Shown here: in pieces, positions 17,355-26,274 of the stretch
Layout of the letters: every line of letters begins with the position of its first letter
How positions within the stretch are numbered: position 1 is the stretch's first letter
IMG/VR virus record: IMGVR_UViG_3300024229_000001
Origin: an uncultured virus (IMG/VR IMGVR_UViG_3300024229_000001)
Lineage: Duplodnaviria; Heunggongvirae; Uroviricota; Caudoviricetes
Direction: 5' to 3' (one strand)
Length of the DNA stretch: 64,000 bases
Notes under the pieces: generated by a model
Databases searched by the model: none
What the model was told of the DNA's origin: nothing
Seen by the model: the letters and a program-made list of their open reading frames with translations, nothing else
Position numbers and translations under genes: made by a program

Positions 17355-19880
17355 TTGGAATTCTACACTAACGTAACTCGTTACGGCAACAGTCTTCTTT
17401 ATCGTGGCTACAAAAACGGCCAACGTTTTGAAGACCGTATTAAATTCTCACCAACACTCTATCAAGCAGATCCAAATGGAACCGCGTATACCATGAACGG
17501 TGTGCGCGTTTCTCCACGCTTGTTTGATACAATGCGCGAAGTAAAAGATTATCAGCAAGCATGGAAAGATGTTGGTGGTGCTGATAAAACTCTATACGGT
17601 CAAACTAACTTTGTCTCTTCTTTTATTCAAGAAAAGTTTCCAGACAATATTGAATTTGATCGTGATATTATTAATGTGTCAACAATCGATATTGAAGTTG
17701 CCTCTGATGATGGATTCCCAACTCCAGAAGAAGCAGCTTATCCAGTAATCTCAATTACTATTAAAAACAATATTGATAACATTTATTATGTCTGGGGTCT
17801 ATATGATTATAATCCTTCTGCTTGTACACTTGGTAGTGTCACTGCTAATGATATTGTTTATGTTCAATGTCAAGACGAGCGAGAATTACTCTTACGCTTT
17901 CTTGCTCATTGGAATTCAGATCGTCATTGCCCTGATGTTATTACTGGTTGGAATACCCGCTTCTTCGATATTCCTTACCTCGTAAATCGTATTACTAAAT
18001 TCATTGGCGAAGACTTTGCTAAAAAGATGTCACCTTGGGGTGTAGTCAATCCTCGATCTGTAACAACTATGGGTCGTGAACAACAATACTATAATCTTGA
18101 AGGTATTGCATCTCTTGATTATCTTGAACTTTTCAAAAAGTTTGGTTACTCATATGGTGCTCAAGAATCCTATAAACTAGATCATATTGGTCACGTTGTT
18201 CTTGGTGAACGTAAACTTTCTTACGAAGAATTCTCTTCACTTCATTCTCTTTACAAACACGACTTTCAAAAGTTTATTGACTATAATATCAAAGATGTTG
18301 AACTAGTTGATCGTCTTGAAGATAAGATGGGTTTGATTACCCTTGCACTTACTATGGCTTATCGTGGTGGTGTAAACTATACTGACACTCTCGGCACAAC
18401 CGCGATCTGGGATTCAATTATCTTTCGAGATCTATCTCAACAAGGTATTGTTATTCCTGCTGCTGAAGACAAATTCAAATCCGATTATCCAGGTGGCTAC
18501 GTAAAACCGCCTCAAATTGGTTTACACGAATGGGTTGTTTCTTTTGACTTGGCTTCTCTTTATCCAAACATTATTGTTCAATGGAATATGTCGCCTGAAA
18601 CTATTGTCGATGGTAAGCGTGAACAAATGGATCCAGACATGGCCTTGGCTGGCAATATGCCGCAACTAAAAGGTGACTATGCGCTTGCAGCTAATGGTGT
18701 ATATTTTACCAAAGAAAAGCAGGGCGTATTACCAAAAATCATTGTTGACTATTACAATGAACGTAAAGCTGTTAAGAAACGCATGTTGGCTTCTCAACAA
18801 GAACTTGAAACAATTGATAAATCAAATGTCGTTGAAAAATATCGAGTTGAGCGTGATATTGCCCGTTATGAAAACCAGCAAATGGCGATTAAAATTCTGT
18901 TGAATTCGCTTTATGGCGCATTGGGCAACAAATACTTTCGTTACTTTGATCTTCGTGTTGCTGAAGGTATTACCTTAACTGGTCAAACTGTTATTCGTTG
19001 GGCTGAACGTTCTGTAAACGAATTTATGAATAAAATTGTTGGTACTGATAACAAAGACTATGTAATCGCAATTGATACTGATTCTGTCTACGTTAATTTT
19101 GGCCCTTTAGTTGATAAGTATGTAAAAGATAACCAAGTAGATAATATTGCTCAAATATGCAAAGATCAATTTGAGCCAATGCTTGAAAAATCATATCAAA
19201 ATTTATATGATATGTTTAATTGCTATATGCCTCGTATGGAAATGGACCGTGAAGCAATTGCTGATCGTGGCATCTGGACTGCTAAAAAACGTTATATCTT
19301 GAATGTTCATGACAATGAAGGTGTTCGTTATGCTGAACCAAAACTTAAGATCATGGGTATTGAAGCTATTAAGTCTTCAACTCCATCAGCGTGTCGTGAT
19401 GCACTGAAAGCTTTGTTCAAAGTAATTGTAACCGGTGATGAAGGTGCTACACAAAAAGCAATTCAACAATTCAAAGATTATTTTGTTACATTGCCACCAG
19501 AAAATGTATCCTTTCCACGTGGTGTAAATGACACCATCAAATGGCGGGATCGTAAACTGATCTATAAAAAGGGTACTCCAATCCATGTACGTGGGGCACT
19601 CCTATATAATCATAATGTCAAAGACAAAAGCCTTGATAAGAAATATACACTTATTCAAAACGGTGAAAAGATCAAGTTTTGTTATTTGAAAATGCCAAAT
19701 CCAATCAGAGAAAATGTTATTTCATTCCCTGATTATCTTCCACAAGAATTACAGCTTCATAAATACATTGACTATGATCTGCAATTCAAAAAAACCTTTT
19801 TGGATCCAATTGAACCAATCCTAGATGCTATTGGCTGGTCTGTTGAAGAAAAGGTATCAATTGAAGACTTCTTTGCATAA
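17355..19880 (+). CDS. gp43: family B DNA polymerase gp43 (TTG start)
   Basis: DIE exonuclease motif, SFDLASLYP, KILLNSLYG, DTDS. Confidence 0.97.
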   Translation: MEFYTNVTRYGNSLLYRGYKNGQRFEDRIKFSPTLYQADPNGTAYTMNGVRVSPRLFDTMREVKDYQQAWKDVGGADKTLYGQTNFVSSFIQEKFPDNIEFDRDIINVSTIDIEVASDDGFPTPEEAAYPVISITIKNNIDNIYYVWGLYDYNPSACTLGSVTANDIVYVQCQDERELLLRFLAHWNSDRHCPDVITGWNTRFFDIPYLVNRITKFIGEDFAKKMSPWGVVNPRSVTTMGREQQYYNLEGIASLDYLELFKKFGYSYGAQESYKLDHIGHVVLGERKLSYEEFSSLHSLYKHDFQKFIDYNIKDVELVDRLEDKMGLITLALTMAYRGGVNYTDTLGTTAIWDSIIFRDLSQQGIVIPAAEDKFKSDYPGGYVKPPQIGLHEWVVSFDLASLYPNIIVQWNMSPETIVDGKREQMDPDMALAGNMPQLKGDYALAANGVYFTKEKQGVLPKIIVDYYNERKAVKKRMLASQQELETIDKSNVVEKYRVERDIARYENQQMAIKILLNSLYGALGNKYFRYFDLRVAEGITLTGQTVIRWAERSVNEFMNKIVGTDNKDYVIAIDTDSVYVNFGPLVDKYVKDNQVDNIAQICKDQFEPMLEKSYQNLYDMFNCYMPRMEMDREAIADRGIWTAKKRYILNVHDNEGVRYAEPKLKIMGIEAIKSSTPSACRDALKALFKVIVTGDEGATQKAIQQFKDYFVTLPPENVSFPRGVNDTIKWRDRKLIYKKGTPIHVRGALLYNHNVKDKSLDKKYTLIQNGEKIKFCYLKMPNPIRENVISFPDYLPQELQLHKYIDYDLQFKKTFLDPIEPILDAIGWSVEEKVSIEDFFA

Positions 19881-19891
19881 GGAACTTATAC

Positions 19892-20059
19892 ATGGCTAAT
19901 ACAGAAGCATACATACAATCATTAAAGAAAAAGCATAAACATTTGCATCAAACTATTGAAGCTCTTGAAGCAGAAAAAGCTCCAGACGAAGTTATTACTC
20001 TTCGAAAAAAAGAAAAGCTCGCTTTAAAAGATAAAATTTCTGAACTTTCTTCAAAATAA
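19892..20059 (+). CDS. DUF465/YdcH-like 55-aa coiled-coil protein (not in the ORF track)
   Basis: AAGGA RBS; LKKKHKHLHQTI...LRKKEKLALKDKI. Confidence 0.7.
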   Translation: MANTEAYIQSLKKKHKHLHQTIEALEAEKAPDEVITLRKKEKLALKDKISELSSK

Positions 20060-20062
20060 CTG

Positions 20063-20091
20063 TGTACATTCTTTTTTGGTTGTGATATAAT
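20063..20091 (+). promoter_or_regulatory. early promoter
   Basis: TGTACA-N17-TATAAT. Confidence 0.7.
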
Positions 20092-20117
20092 AGTTCTATA
20101 CCAATGAGGAGAAGCGT

Positions 20118-20447
20118 ATGTTTGGTGAAGTCAGCTACGAAGTTTTAGACGAAGTTATCATAGGCTCAAAGAAAAAGCCAGGAACTCACCTTCAATTAGT
20201 TAAAACTAAAAGGGGAAATACTCGTATTTTATGCTGGCATTCAATTGGAAAAAGATGGGCCACTATGTACCGACATGGAGACATTGAAGGTGTATGGGCC
20301 TCTTGGAAACGAATAGAGAAAAGTATCAATGAACGTAAGAAAAGTAGGGCAAAACCAGTGGGTGATCCAGGTAAAGGAAAACCAAGAAACAAAGGAGCTG
20401 TATCTAGATCTACCAAGCGACGTACTAAATCAAGTCGGGTGGGATGA
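20118..20447 (+). CDS. hypothetical basic protein
   Basis: GAGGAG RBS directly after the promoter. Confidence 0.55.
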   Translation: MFGEVSYEVLDEVIIGSKKKPGTHLQLVKTKRGNTRILCWHSIGKRWATMYRHGDIEGVWASWKRIEKSINERKKSRAKPVGDPGKGKPRNKGAVSRSTKRRTKSSRVG

Positions 20448-20511
20448 CGGCGATACAATCATTTGGGAAGAGCTCGATGGTGGCAATTGGTCGCTAACTA
20501 AGAAAGATTAG
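20329..20511 (+). CDS. AbrB/MazE-like small protein
   Basis: LDLPSDVLNQVGWDDGDTIIW. Confidence 0.6.
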   Translation: MNVRKVGQNQWVIQVKENQETKELYLDLPSDVLNQVGWDDGDTIIWEELDGGNWSLTKKD

Positions 20512-20513
20512 TT

Positions 20514-21206
20514 ATGAAGTGGATATTTGATGTTGATGGTACTCTTACACCAAGTAGGAGTAAAATGGATTCTGAATTTAAAGAATACTTTTTAAAGTTT
20601 GCAAAAGCTAATCGAGTATATCTTGCGACGGGATCTGATTACCCAAAGACCGTAGAACAAATTGGTTCTAAAATATGTGAAACAGTAAAAGCTTGCTATA
20701 ATTGCTCCGGTAATTCTATTTGGGTTGCTGGTAAAGAAGTATATAGTGCAGACTGGGAACTACCAGAACTTGCAAGGTACTTCTTAGAAAGCTGTTTGTA
20801 TGAAAGTAAGTTTAGTATACGCACTGGAACTCATATTGAAGAACGTCCTGGTATGGTAAACTATAGTACTATTGGCCGGAATTGTACTCAAGAAGAAAGA
20901 AGCCAATACATTTTATTTGATAAAGAATTTAATGAACGTCACACAATCGCAGATTCATTTAATACAATGTTTCCTGACCTAGAAGCAAAGGTTGGTGGAG
21001 ATACTGGAATTGATATTTTTCCAAAGGGATTAGATAAATCTCAAATTGCACAACACATAAAGGGTTCAGCAATTTTCTTTGGCGATAAAATGATGCCAGG
21101 CGGAAACGACAGACCATTAGCAGAACAAATTGTAAAAAGGTTTGGCGGTCGAGCTATTGAAGTAAAAGGCTGGAAAGATACTTGGAAAAGGATGAAAGAA
21201 ATATGA
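20514..21206 (+). CDS. HAD subfamily IIB hydrolase, eukaryote-type phosphomannomutase-like
   Basis: FDVDGTLT, TGSD, IEER.GM.N, DIFPKG.DK, FFGD....GND. Confidence 0.8.
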   Translation: MKWIFDVDGTLTPSRSKMDSEFKEYFLKFAKANRVYLATGSDYPKTVEQIGSKICETVKACYNCSGNSIWVAGKEVYSADWELPELARYFLESCLYESKFSIRTGTHIEERPGMVNYSTIGRNCTQEERSQYILFDKEFNERHTIADSFNTMFPDLEAKVGGDTGIDIFPKGLDKSQIAQHIKGSAIFFGDKMMPGGNDRPLAEQIVKRFGGRAIEVKGWKDTWKRMKEI

Positions 21207-21376
21207 TTCACTTTAGTTACTATAATTCAGAAATAGAAGAAACTGTAGAAATGCAAACCGATATGGATGATATTTCTACTCATGAACTTTGCAATATGCT
21301 TGAACGATTTATGCTTGCAATAGGTTACGTTTTACCTGAAAATTGCAGTGTACAAATTGCAGAAAATGATGTATAA
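21203..21376 (+). CDS. hypothetical protein
   Basis: ATGA overlap; F.LAIGY motif. Confidence 0.5.
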   Translation: MIHFSYYNSEIEETVEMQTDMDDISTHELCNMLERFMLAIGYVLPENCSVQIAENDV

Positions 21377-21377
21377 T
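21349..21377 (+). promoter_or_regulatory. early promoter
   Basis: TGTACA-N17-TATAAT. Confidence 0.65.
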
Positions 21378-21405
21378 AAACTATATTATGAAAACGGAGA
21401 AACAC

Positions 21406-21609
21406 ATGGCAAAATACGAGCCAAAAACTTATCCTAGTGATACTATCAAAATGAAAAACCATTGGGCCGTTGGCACAGTATGGGATGTTATTGGTAGCCG
21501 CGGAAATAACTATAACGTAGAATTTTTAGATAAAGGTTTTAGCTGTGATTGCCCCGCCTTTAAAAAATGCAAACATATTAAAAAAATAGAGGAAGCTTTC
21601 AATGTCTGA
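21406..21609 (+). CDS. SWIM zinc-finger protein
   Basis: CDCPAF..CKH. Confidence 0.75.
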   Translation: MAKYEPKTYPSDTIKMKNHWAVGTVWDVIGSRGNNYNVEFLDKGFSCDCPAFKKCKHIKKIEEAFNV

Positions 21610-22012
21610 TTGGGCAAATGATATTACTATGATGCACTACAAGTTTGGTGTAAAAGAATGGTTTGAAAAGAATAAGCACGACAAAGAATTGATGAAAAAT
21701 TATCTAAACTTTCGTCTTGCGATGTGTAAAGAAGAACTTGACGAAACAATGGATGCTATTGAAGCAAAAGATCCAGAAGAAATTGTTGATGGTCTTATTG
21801 ATCTTTGTGTTTTTGCAATTGGCACTCTCGATGTATTCGGTGTTGACGCAAACGAAGCATGGGATCGAGTGTATGAAGCAAATATGGCTAAAACACCAGG
21901 CGTAAAAGAAGGTCGTCCAAATCCATTTGGTCTTCCAGATTTGATTAAGCCTGAAGGCTGGACTGCTCCAACACATGAGGCTAATCATGGGAATTTCCCT
22001 GACGCTGTTTAA
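21602..22012 (+). CDS. all-alpha NTP pyrophosphohydrolase (MazG/PRA-PH-like)
   Basis: EELDE, EIVDGLID, V..ANMAK, KPEGW. Confidence 0.8.
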   Translation: MSDWANDITMMHYKFGVKEWFEKNKHDKELMKNYLNFRLAMCKEELDETMDAIEAKDPEEIVDGLIDLCVFAIGTLDVFGVDANEAWDRVYEANMAKTPGVKEGRPNPFGLPDLIKPEGWTAPTHEANHGNFPDAV

Positions 22013-22916
22013 CAGCATTTTTGATAATAAAACTGATAAAAGAATGGATCTCTCGAATTGGCAACAGTTCGAGAGTCTGCTGTATGATCTTTCCACTGTT
22101 GAACGAAAAGACAAGAAAGATGCGCAACTCATCTCACCAGCAACTTATCAACCTGATACTACAAGGGCAAATGCTAATGTAGTTAATTGGGCCGGTTGGG
22201 CTGCAGTTGATGTCGACGATCACGTATTTGAAGGTGACTTAGAAAATGAACTATATAATCGTTATGGTGATTGGTATTACATTTGCTACTCAACTGCTAG
22301 CAGCACTATCGATCATCCGAAGTTTCGACTCGTATTCCCACTTAAAGCTTCGATTGGAGTCGATCAAATTAAGAAATTTTGGTTTGCGCTCAACACTGAA
22401 CTCGGATCAATCGGAGATCGGCAGACTAAAGATTTATCTCGCATGTATTACATTCCTGCGAGCTATGCTGGTGCTAATAATTTTATTTTTACTAATTCTT
22501 CAGGTTCTTACATTGATCCTTATGCTTTAATTGATAAGCATCCAATCGTTGAAAAGAAAGGTTCAAGCTTTTTTGAACGTTTGCCTGAATCAATGCAAAA
22601 GACTATTATCCAGCATCGCAAAGATCAAATGCAAAATAACTCTATTAAATGGGTATCTTATCATGATTGCCCATTTATGAATAAGAACTTAGTTGTAGAA
22701 TATAAAGCACTTACTGGAACTGGTTGGTATCATATGATGTATAGAATTATGGTCTCAATTGCTGGTAATGCAATCAAACGTGAATATCCAATCACAGTTC
22801 AAGAAGTAGTTCAGCTATGTAAAGAACTTGACATGGAAACTGGTAATTGGTATGACAACCGTCCACTTGATAAAGAAGCTGAAAGAGCTATCGAATTTGT
22901 TTATGGAAATATGTAA
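21987..22916 (+). CDS. primase-polymerase (AEP)-like protein
   Basis: DVD, YSTAS, KFRLVFPL, D.SRMYY motifs. Confidence 0.6.
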   Translation: MGISLTLFNSIFDNKTDKRMDLSNWQQFESLLYDLSTVERKDKKDAQLISPATYQPDTTRANANVVNWAGWAAVDVDDHVFEGDLENELYNRYGDWYYICYSTASSTIDHPKFRLVFPLKASIGVDQIKKFWFALNTELGSIGDRQTKDLSRMYYIPASYAGANNFIFTNSSGSYIDPYALIDKHPIVEKKGSSFFERLPESMQKTIIQHRKDQMQNNSIKWVSYHDCPFMNKNLVVEYKALTGTGWYHMMYRIMVSIAGNAIKREYPITVQEVVQLCKELDMETGNWYDNRPLDKEAERAIEFVYGNM

Positions 22917-23353
22917 TGAAATTTAATGCTAAAACTGACTTAGATCCTGCAAGGCTATATAATAGAGCTGAAACAGAAGCTAAACTAATCCACAGTAAAC
23001 CATCAACCGCTCGTGGTAGATCTTTAGAAAATATTATAGAAACTGTTATGTATGGCCATGCTGCAGAATTATATCTAATAGACCATGAAAGTTTTAGTGA
23101 TGATCCACGTGAATATAAAGATGTAATTGATACAGAAGGTAATCAAGTAGAAGTAAAAGTTACTGAAGGCGAATATTATGTTCCGTATGTTTTACAAAGA
23201 TGTAATGACGCCGCAATAGAAACTTGGCGAAAATATCCAGAAGTTCTTTATGTCTTTATTGGTAATAAAGAAACATGTGATTATAAACTACACGGAATTT
23301 ATTTGTGGAATGGTAAACAATTTTGTTTACAAACCGAAGAAGATAATGTATAA
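22916..23353 (+). CDS. hypothetical protein, possible PD-(D/E)xK fold
   Basis: G.AAE...DVID....VEVK spacing. Confidence 0.45.
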   Translation: MKFNAKTDLDPARLYNRAETEAKLIHSKPSTARGRSLENIIETVMYGHAAELYLIDHESFSDDPREYKDVIDTEGNQVEVKVTEGEYYVPYVLQRCNDAAIETWRKYPEVLYVFIGNKETCDYKLHGIYLWNGKQFCLQTEEDNV

Positions 23354-23354
23354 T
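23326..23354 (+). promoter_or_regulatory. early promoter for the DNA-modification operon
   Basis: TTTACA-N17-TATAAT. Confidence 0.65.
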
Positions 23355-23380
23355 ATACCTATTATATTGATGGAGTACCT

Positions 23381-23701
23381 ATGAAATACGATTCAAATAA
23401 ACCACCTTTGCATCTCATTCCACCAGAAATTCTAGTTGAAATTTCTGAAATCTTTGCGTTTGGTGCTGAAAAGTATGGTGAAAACAATTGGCGCGATGAT
23501 GGTGGTTCTACAGGTTATGGTAGAACCTATTCGTCTATTCAACGGCATCTAAATACATTTTGGCAAGGTGAAGATATTGATCCTGAATCTGGTAAAAGTC
23601 ATTTAGTTCATGCTCTTACTCAGTTGATTATTCTCCGCATTCACCAACTTGAGCATCCTGAAATGGATGATCGTTACAATATTACGAGACCAAAGAAATG
23701 A
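23381..23701 (+). CDS. dATP/dGTP diphosphohydrolase-like domain (DUF5664-like)
   Basis: KYDSNKP, GAEKYGENNW, RHL..FWQGEDIDPESG.SHL.HA. Confidence 0.8.
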   Translation: MKYDSNKPPLHLIPPEILVEISEIFAFGAEKYGENNWRDDGGSTGYGRTYSSIQRHLNTFWQGEDIDPESGKSHLVHALTQLIILRIHQLEHPEMDDRYNITRPKK

Positions 23702-24111
23702 TTATAGGATTTACATGTTCTACATTTGATCTGCTTCATGCGGGTCATATTGCTATGTTAAGAGAAGCAAAAGCTCAATGTGATTATCTTATTTGTGGTT
23801 TACAAGTTGATCCTAGTCGAGATCGTAAAGAAAAGAATCCACCAGTACAAAGTTTAGTTGAAAGGCATGTTCAACTTTCTGCTTTAAATTACGTTGATGA
23901 GATCATTCCGTATTGTACAGAAGCTGATTTACTTGATATAATAAACATGTATCCAATCAATGTTCGTATTCTAGGCGATGAATACAAAGACAAAGATTTT
24001 ACTGGAAAAGATGAATGCCGCAAGCGTGGTATTCAACTTTATTTTAATAAACGAGATCATAGGTTCTCATCCTCTGATCTAAGAAAGAGAGTATGTGATG
24101 CTGCTAAATAG
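23698..24111 (+). CDS. glycerol-3-phosphate cytidylyltransferase (TagD)-like
   Basis: FDLLHAGH HxGH motif, YVDEI, RFSSS. Confidence 0.85.
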   Translation: MIIGFTCSTFDLLHAGHIAMLREAKAQCDYLICGLQVDPSRDRKEKNPPVQSLVERHVQLSALNYVDEIIPYCTEADLLDIINMYPINVRILGDEYKDKDFTGKDECRKRGIQLYFNKRDHRFSSSDLRKRVCDAAK

Positions 24112-24796
24112 TGTAAAAGATATTCGTGAATTCTTTATTGGCGAACTAAACGATGAAGCATTTACTATTGACAAAACAGGACAACGCACCATTGAAATGC
24201 TTGGCGCTAATTTTTTAGCAACTGAGCCAGCGATCTTTGGTGAACCAGTTAAGTCTTATATTAATGCTGAGCTTGCTTGGTATGAAAGCGGTTCAACAAA
24301 CATTTACGATATTCATGGTGCTGATAAAGAACCACCTCAAGCATGGCGATATGCTGCTGATCAACATGGCAATATTAATTCTAACTATGGCCATTTAGTC
24401 TTTGCAGACAAGTATCACAATCAATTTTATAATGCTTTTGATGAACTATGGCATAATCCTGATAGTCGCCGCGCTCAAATGGTTTACAATCGTCCATCTA
24501 TCTGGGTTGAATTTGATGAAGGTGGTAAATCAGATTTCATCTGTACTAATGCGCAAACCTTCTATATCCGCGATGGCATTTTGCATATGGTGTCGCAGAT
24601 GCGCTCAAATGATGTTGTGTTTGGATATAAAAACGATTACGCTTGGGCTCAATACTTAATGGATAAGTTTGTTGCTCAATGGAATGAACAATGCAAACTT
24701 CCTGGCAATAAACACTTTACTATTGAAAAGGGTATGCTTACATGGCAGGTAATGAATTTGCACGTATACGAACGTCACTTTAATTTGGTGAAGTAA
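24098..24796 (+). CDS. dCMP hydroxymethylase-like (T4 gp42 family, thymidylate-synthase fold)
   Basis: INSNYG, DFICTN, MRSNDVVFGYKND, NLHVYERHF. Confidence 0.85.
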   Translation: MLLNSVKDIREFFIGELNDEAFTIDKTGQRTIEMLGANFLATEPAIFGEPVKSYINAELAWYESGSTNIYDIHGADKEPPQAWRYAADQHGNINSNYGHLVFADKYHNQFYNAFDELWHNPDSRRAQMVYNRPSIWVEFDEGGKSDFICTNAQTFYIRDGILHMVSQMRSNDVVFGYKNDYAWAQYLMDKFVAQWNEQCKLPGNKHFTIEKGMLTWQVMNLHVYERHFNLVK

Positions 24797-25032
24797 TGAA
24801 TAAATTAATATTAATTAGCGATATTATTGAGCAAAAAGTGCGTAAAGAAAAAGAGCTTCAATACTATCAAGAAGAACTTGAAAAGCTTAAGCAAAAAATG
24901 TGGTTCATTCAAAAAGATATCGATGTTACAAATATAATCATTAATATGATTGAAACAGAAAAAGTAGTAGATTTTAAAGATCAAATGGAAACCAAAATGT
25001 TAGGAGAAGACGATGCCAACTATGAGGGGTGA
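24796..25032 (+). CDS. hypothetical coiled-coil protein
   Basis: TAATG coupling to the preceding gene. Confidence 0.6.
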   Translation: MNKLILISDIIEQKVRKEKELQYYQEELEKLKQKMWFIQKDIDVTNIIINMIETEKVVDFKDQMETKMLGEDDANYEG

Positions 25033-25462
25033 ATGGAACAAACGCTATCTTGATCTTGCCCGTACTGTAAGTTCATGGTCAAAAGATCCATCAAAGAAAA
25101 TCGGTGCTATTGCTGTTGGTACTAAAGGTCAGGTTCTTGCTCAAGGATATAATGGGTTTCCACGCGGTATTAGTCATTCTAGTAAAAGACTAAAAGATCG
25201 CGATTTGAAGTATAAGTACGTAGTTCATGCTGAAATGAATTTGATATATAATGCATCGTACAATGGTGTATCCCTTGATGATTCTACAGTCTATGTTACT
25301 GGTCTACCGGTTTGTTCAGAATGTGCTAAAGGTCTTATTCAAGTTGGTGTTCGTCAAGTGATTATGCCAGTACAAAAAGATACACCAGAAAAATGGAAAG
25401 ATTCATTTGAATTTACTAAAGAATTATTTGAGGAGGCTGGGGTTGCCTGGCAGTTTATATGA
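25013..25462 (+). CDS. cd: dCMP deaminase
   Basis: SKDPS, GYNGFPRG, HAE, PVCSEC. Confidence 0.9.
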   Translation: MPTMRGEWNKRYLDLARTVSSWSKDPSKKIGAIAVGTKGQVLAQGYNGFPRGISHSSKRLKDRDLKYKYVVHAEMNLIYNASYNGVSLDDSTVYVTGLPVCSECAKGLIQVGVRQVIMPVQKDTPEKWKDSFEFTKELFEEAGVAWQFI

Positions 25463-26274
25463 TTGAGCATATTATTATTCCCACGCTAGGTCGTATGGAT
25501 AAACAAGTCACATACAATAATCTACCTAAGAAATATCAAGATAAAGTAACCTTTGTAGTTCAAGCTCATGAGTTTGAAGAAATGAGAGAAAGATATGGTT
25601 CAGCTGTTATTGGTCTCCCTGATAATATATCTAGAATCGCGCCTACGAGAGAGTGGATCTTTAACAACTACCGAGAGTGTCGTCATATGGTTTTTGATGA
25701 TGACCTCGATTTTGTTGTAAAAGAGCCAAATCCCGGTGAAGGTACTAAATGGCTATCACGTCGTTTTACAGAACAAGATTTTGATGACACATTTGGTCTA
25801 ATGAATCAATGGATGGATGAAGGTATTGTCTATGGTGGTTTACTTCCAGCTTGGGTAATTCCAGATGTACGTCAATGGCCAGTTCGTGAGTGTCAACGTA
25901 TTATGACAAACGTATTTTATGATGGGCCAAATGTTCCAGATGGAATTGAATGGAATCGAGTAGCAGCTGCTGAAGACTTTGATGTAAATCTTCAATTGCT
26001 TACAAAAGGTTTTAAAAATCGTATTAGTGCTAAATATATGGTAACATGTTCTGAAACAAATGCCGAAGGTGGTTGTTCTACATGGCGCACTCTTGAAGTA
26101 CATAATGATGCACAAAGAAAACTAGCAGAACTTTGGCCAGACTTTGTAAAGGTTCGCGAAAAAGAAGTTCCTAATGGACCTTGGAAAGGCCAAATAAAAT
26201 TAGCAACTACTATTCAACATAAGAAAGCTTATGAGTCCAGCCAACATCAATCGTTGGAGGATTTTTTCGGATGA
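25459..26274 (+). CDS. GT-A glycosyltransferase (hmC/TET-associated type)
   Basis: IIPTLGR, DDD, EDFD..LQLL.KG, GGC. Confidence 0.8.
   Translation: MIEHIIIPTLGRMDKQVTYNNLPKKYQDKVTFVVQAHEFEEMRERYGSAVIGLPDNISRIAPTREWIFNNYRECRHMVFDDDLDFVVKEPNPGEGTKWLSRRFTEQDFDDTFGLMNQWMDEGIVYGGLLPAWVIPDVRQWPVRECQRIMTNVFYDGPNVPDGIEWNRVAAAEDFDVNLQLLTKGFKNRISAKYMVTCSETNAEGGCSTWRTLEVHNDAQRKLAELWPDFVKVREKEVPNGPWKGQIKLATTIQHKKAYESSQHQSLEDFFG

Noticed and set aside
17355..19880. Intron, intein or split in gp43 (nrdA, nrdB and gp41 also checked)
   Set aside because: The ORFs are continuous, of normal length, with no intein-like insertions visible
23381..23701. Z-genome (2-aminoadenine) pathway suggested by the dATP/dGTP diphosphohydrolase-like gene
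   Set aside because: No purZ in the window, and the neighbouring genes point to cytosine modification
24098..24796. Canonical ThyA or dUMP hydroxymethylase
   Set aside because: Motifs match the T4 gp42 type (DFxCTN, Asp at the specificity position), and ThyX is present separately
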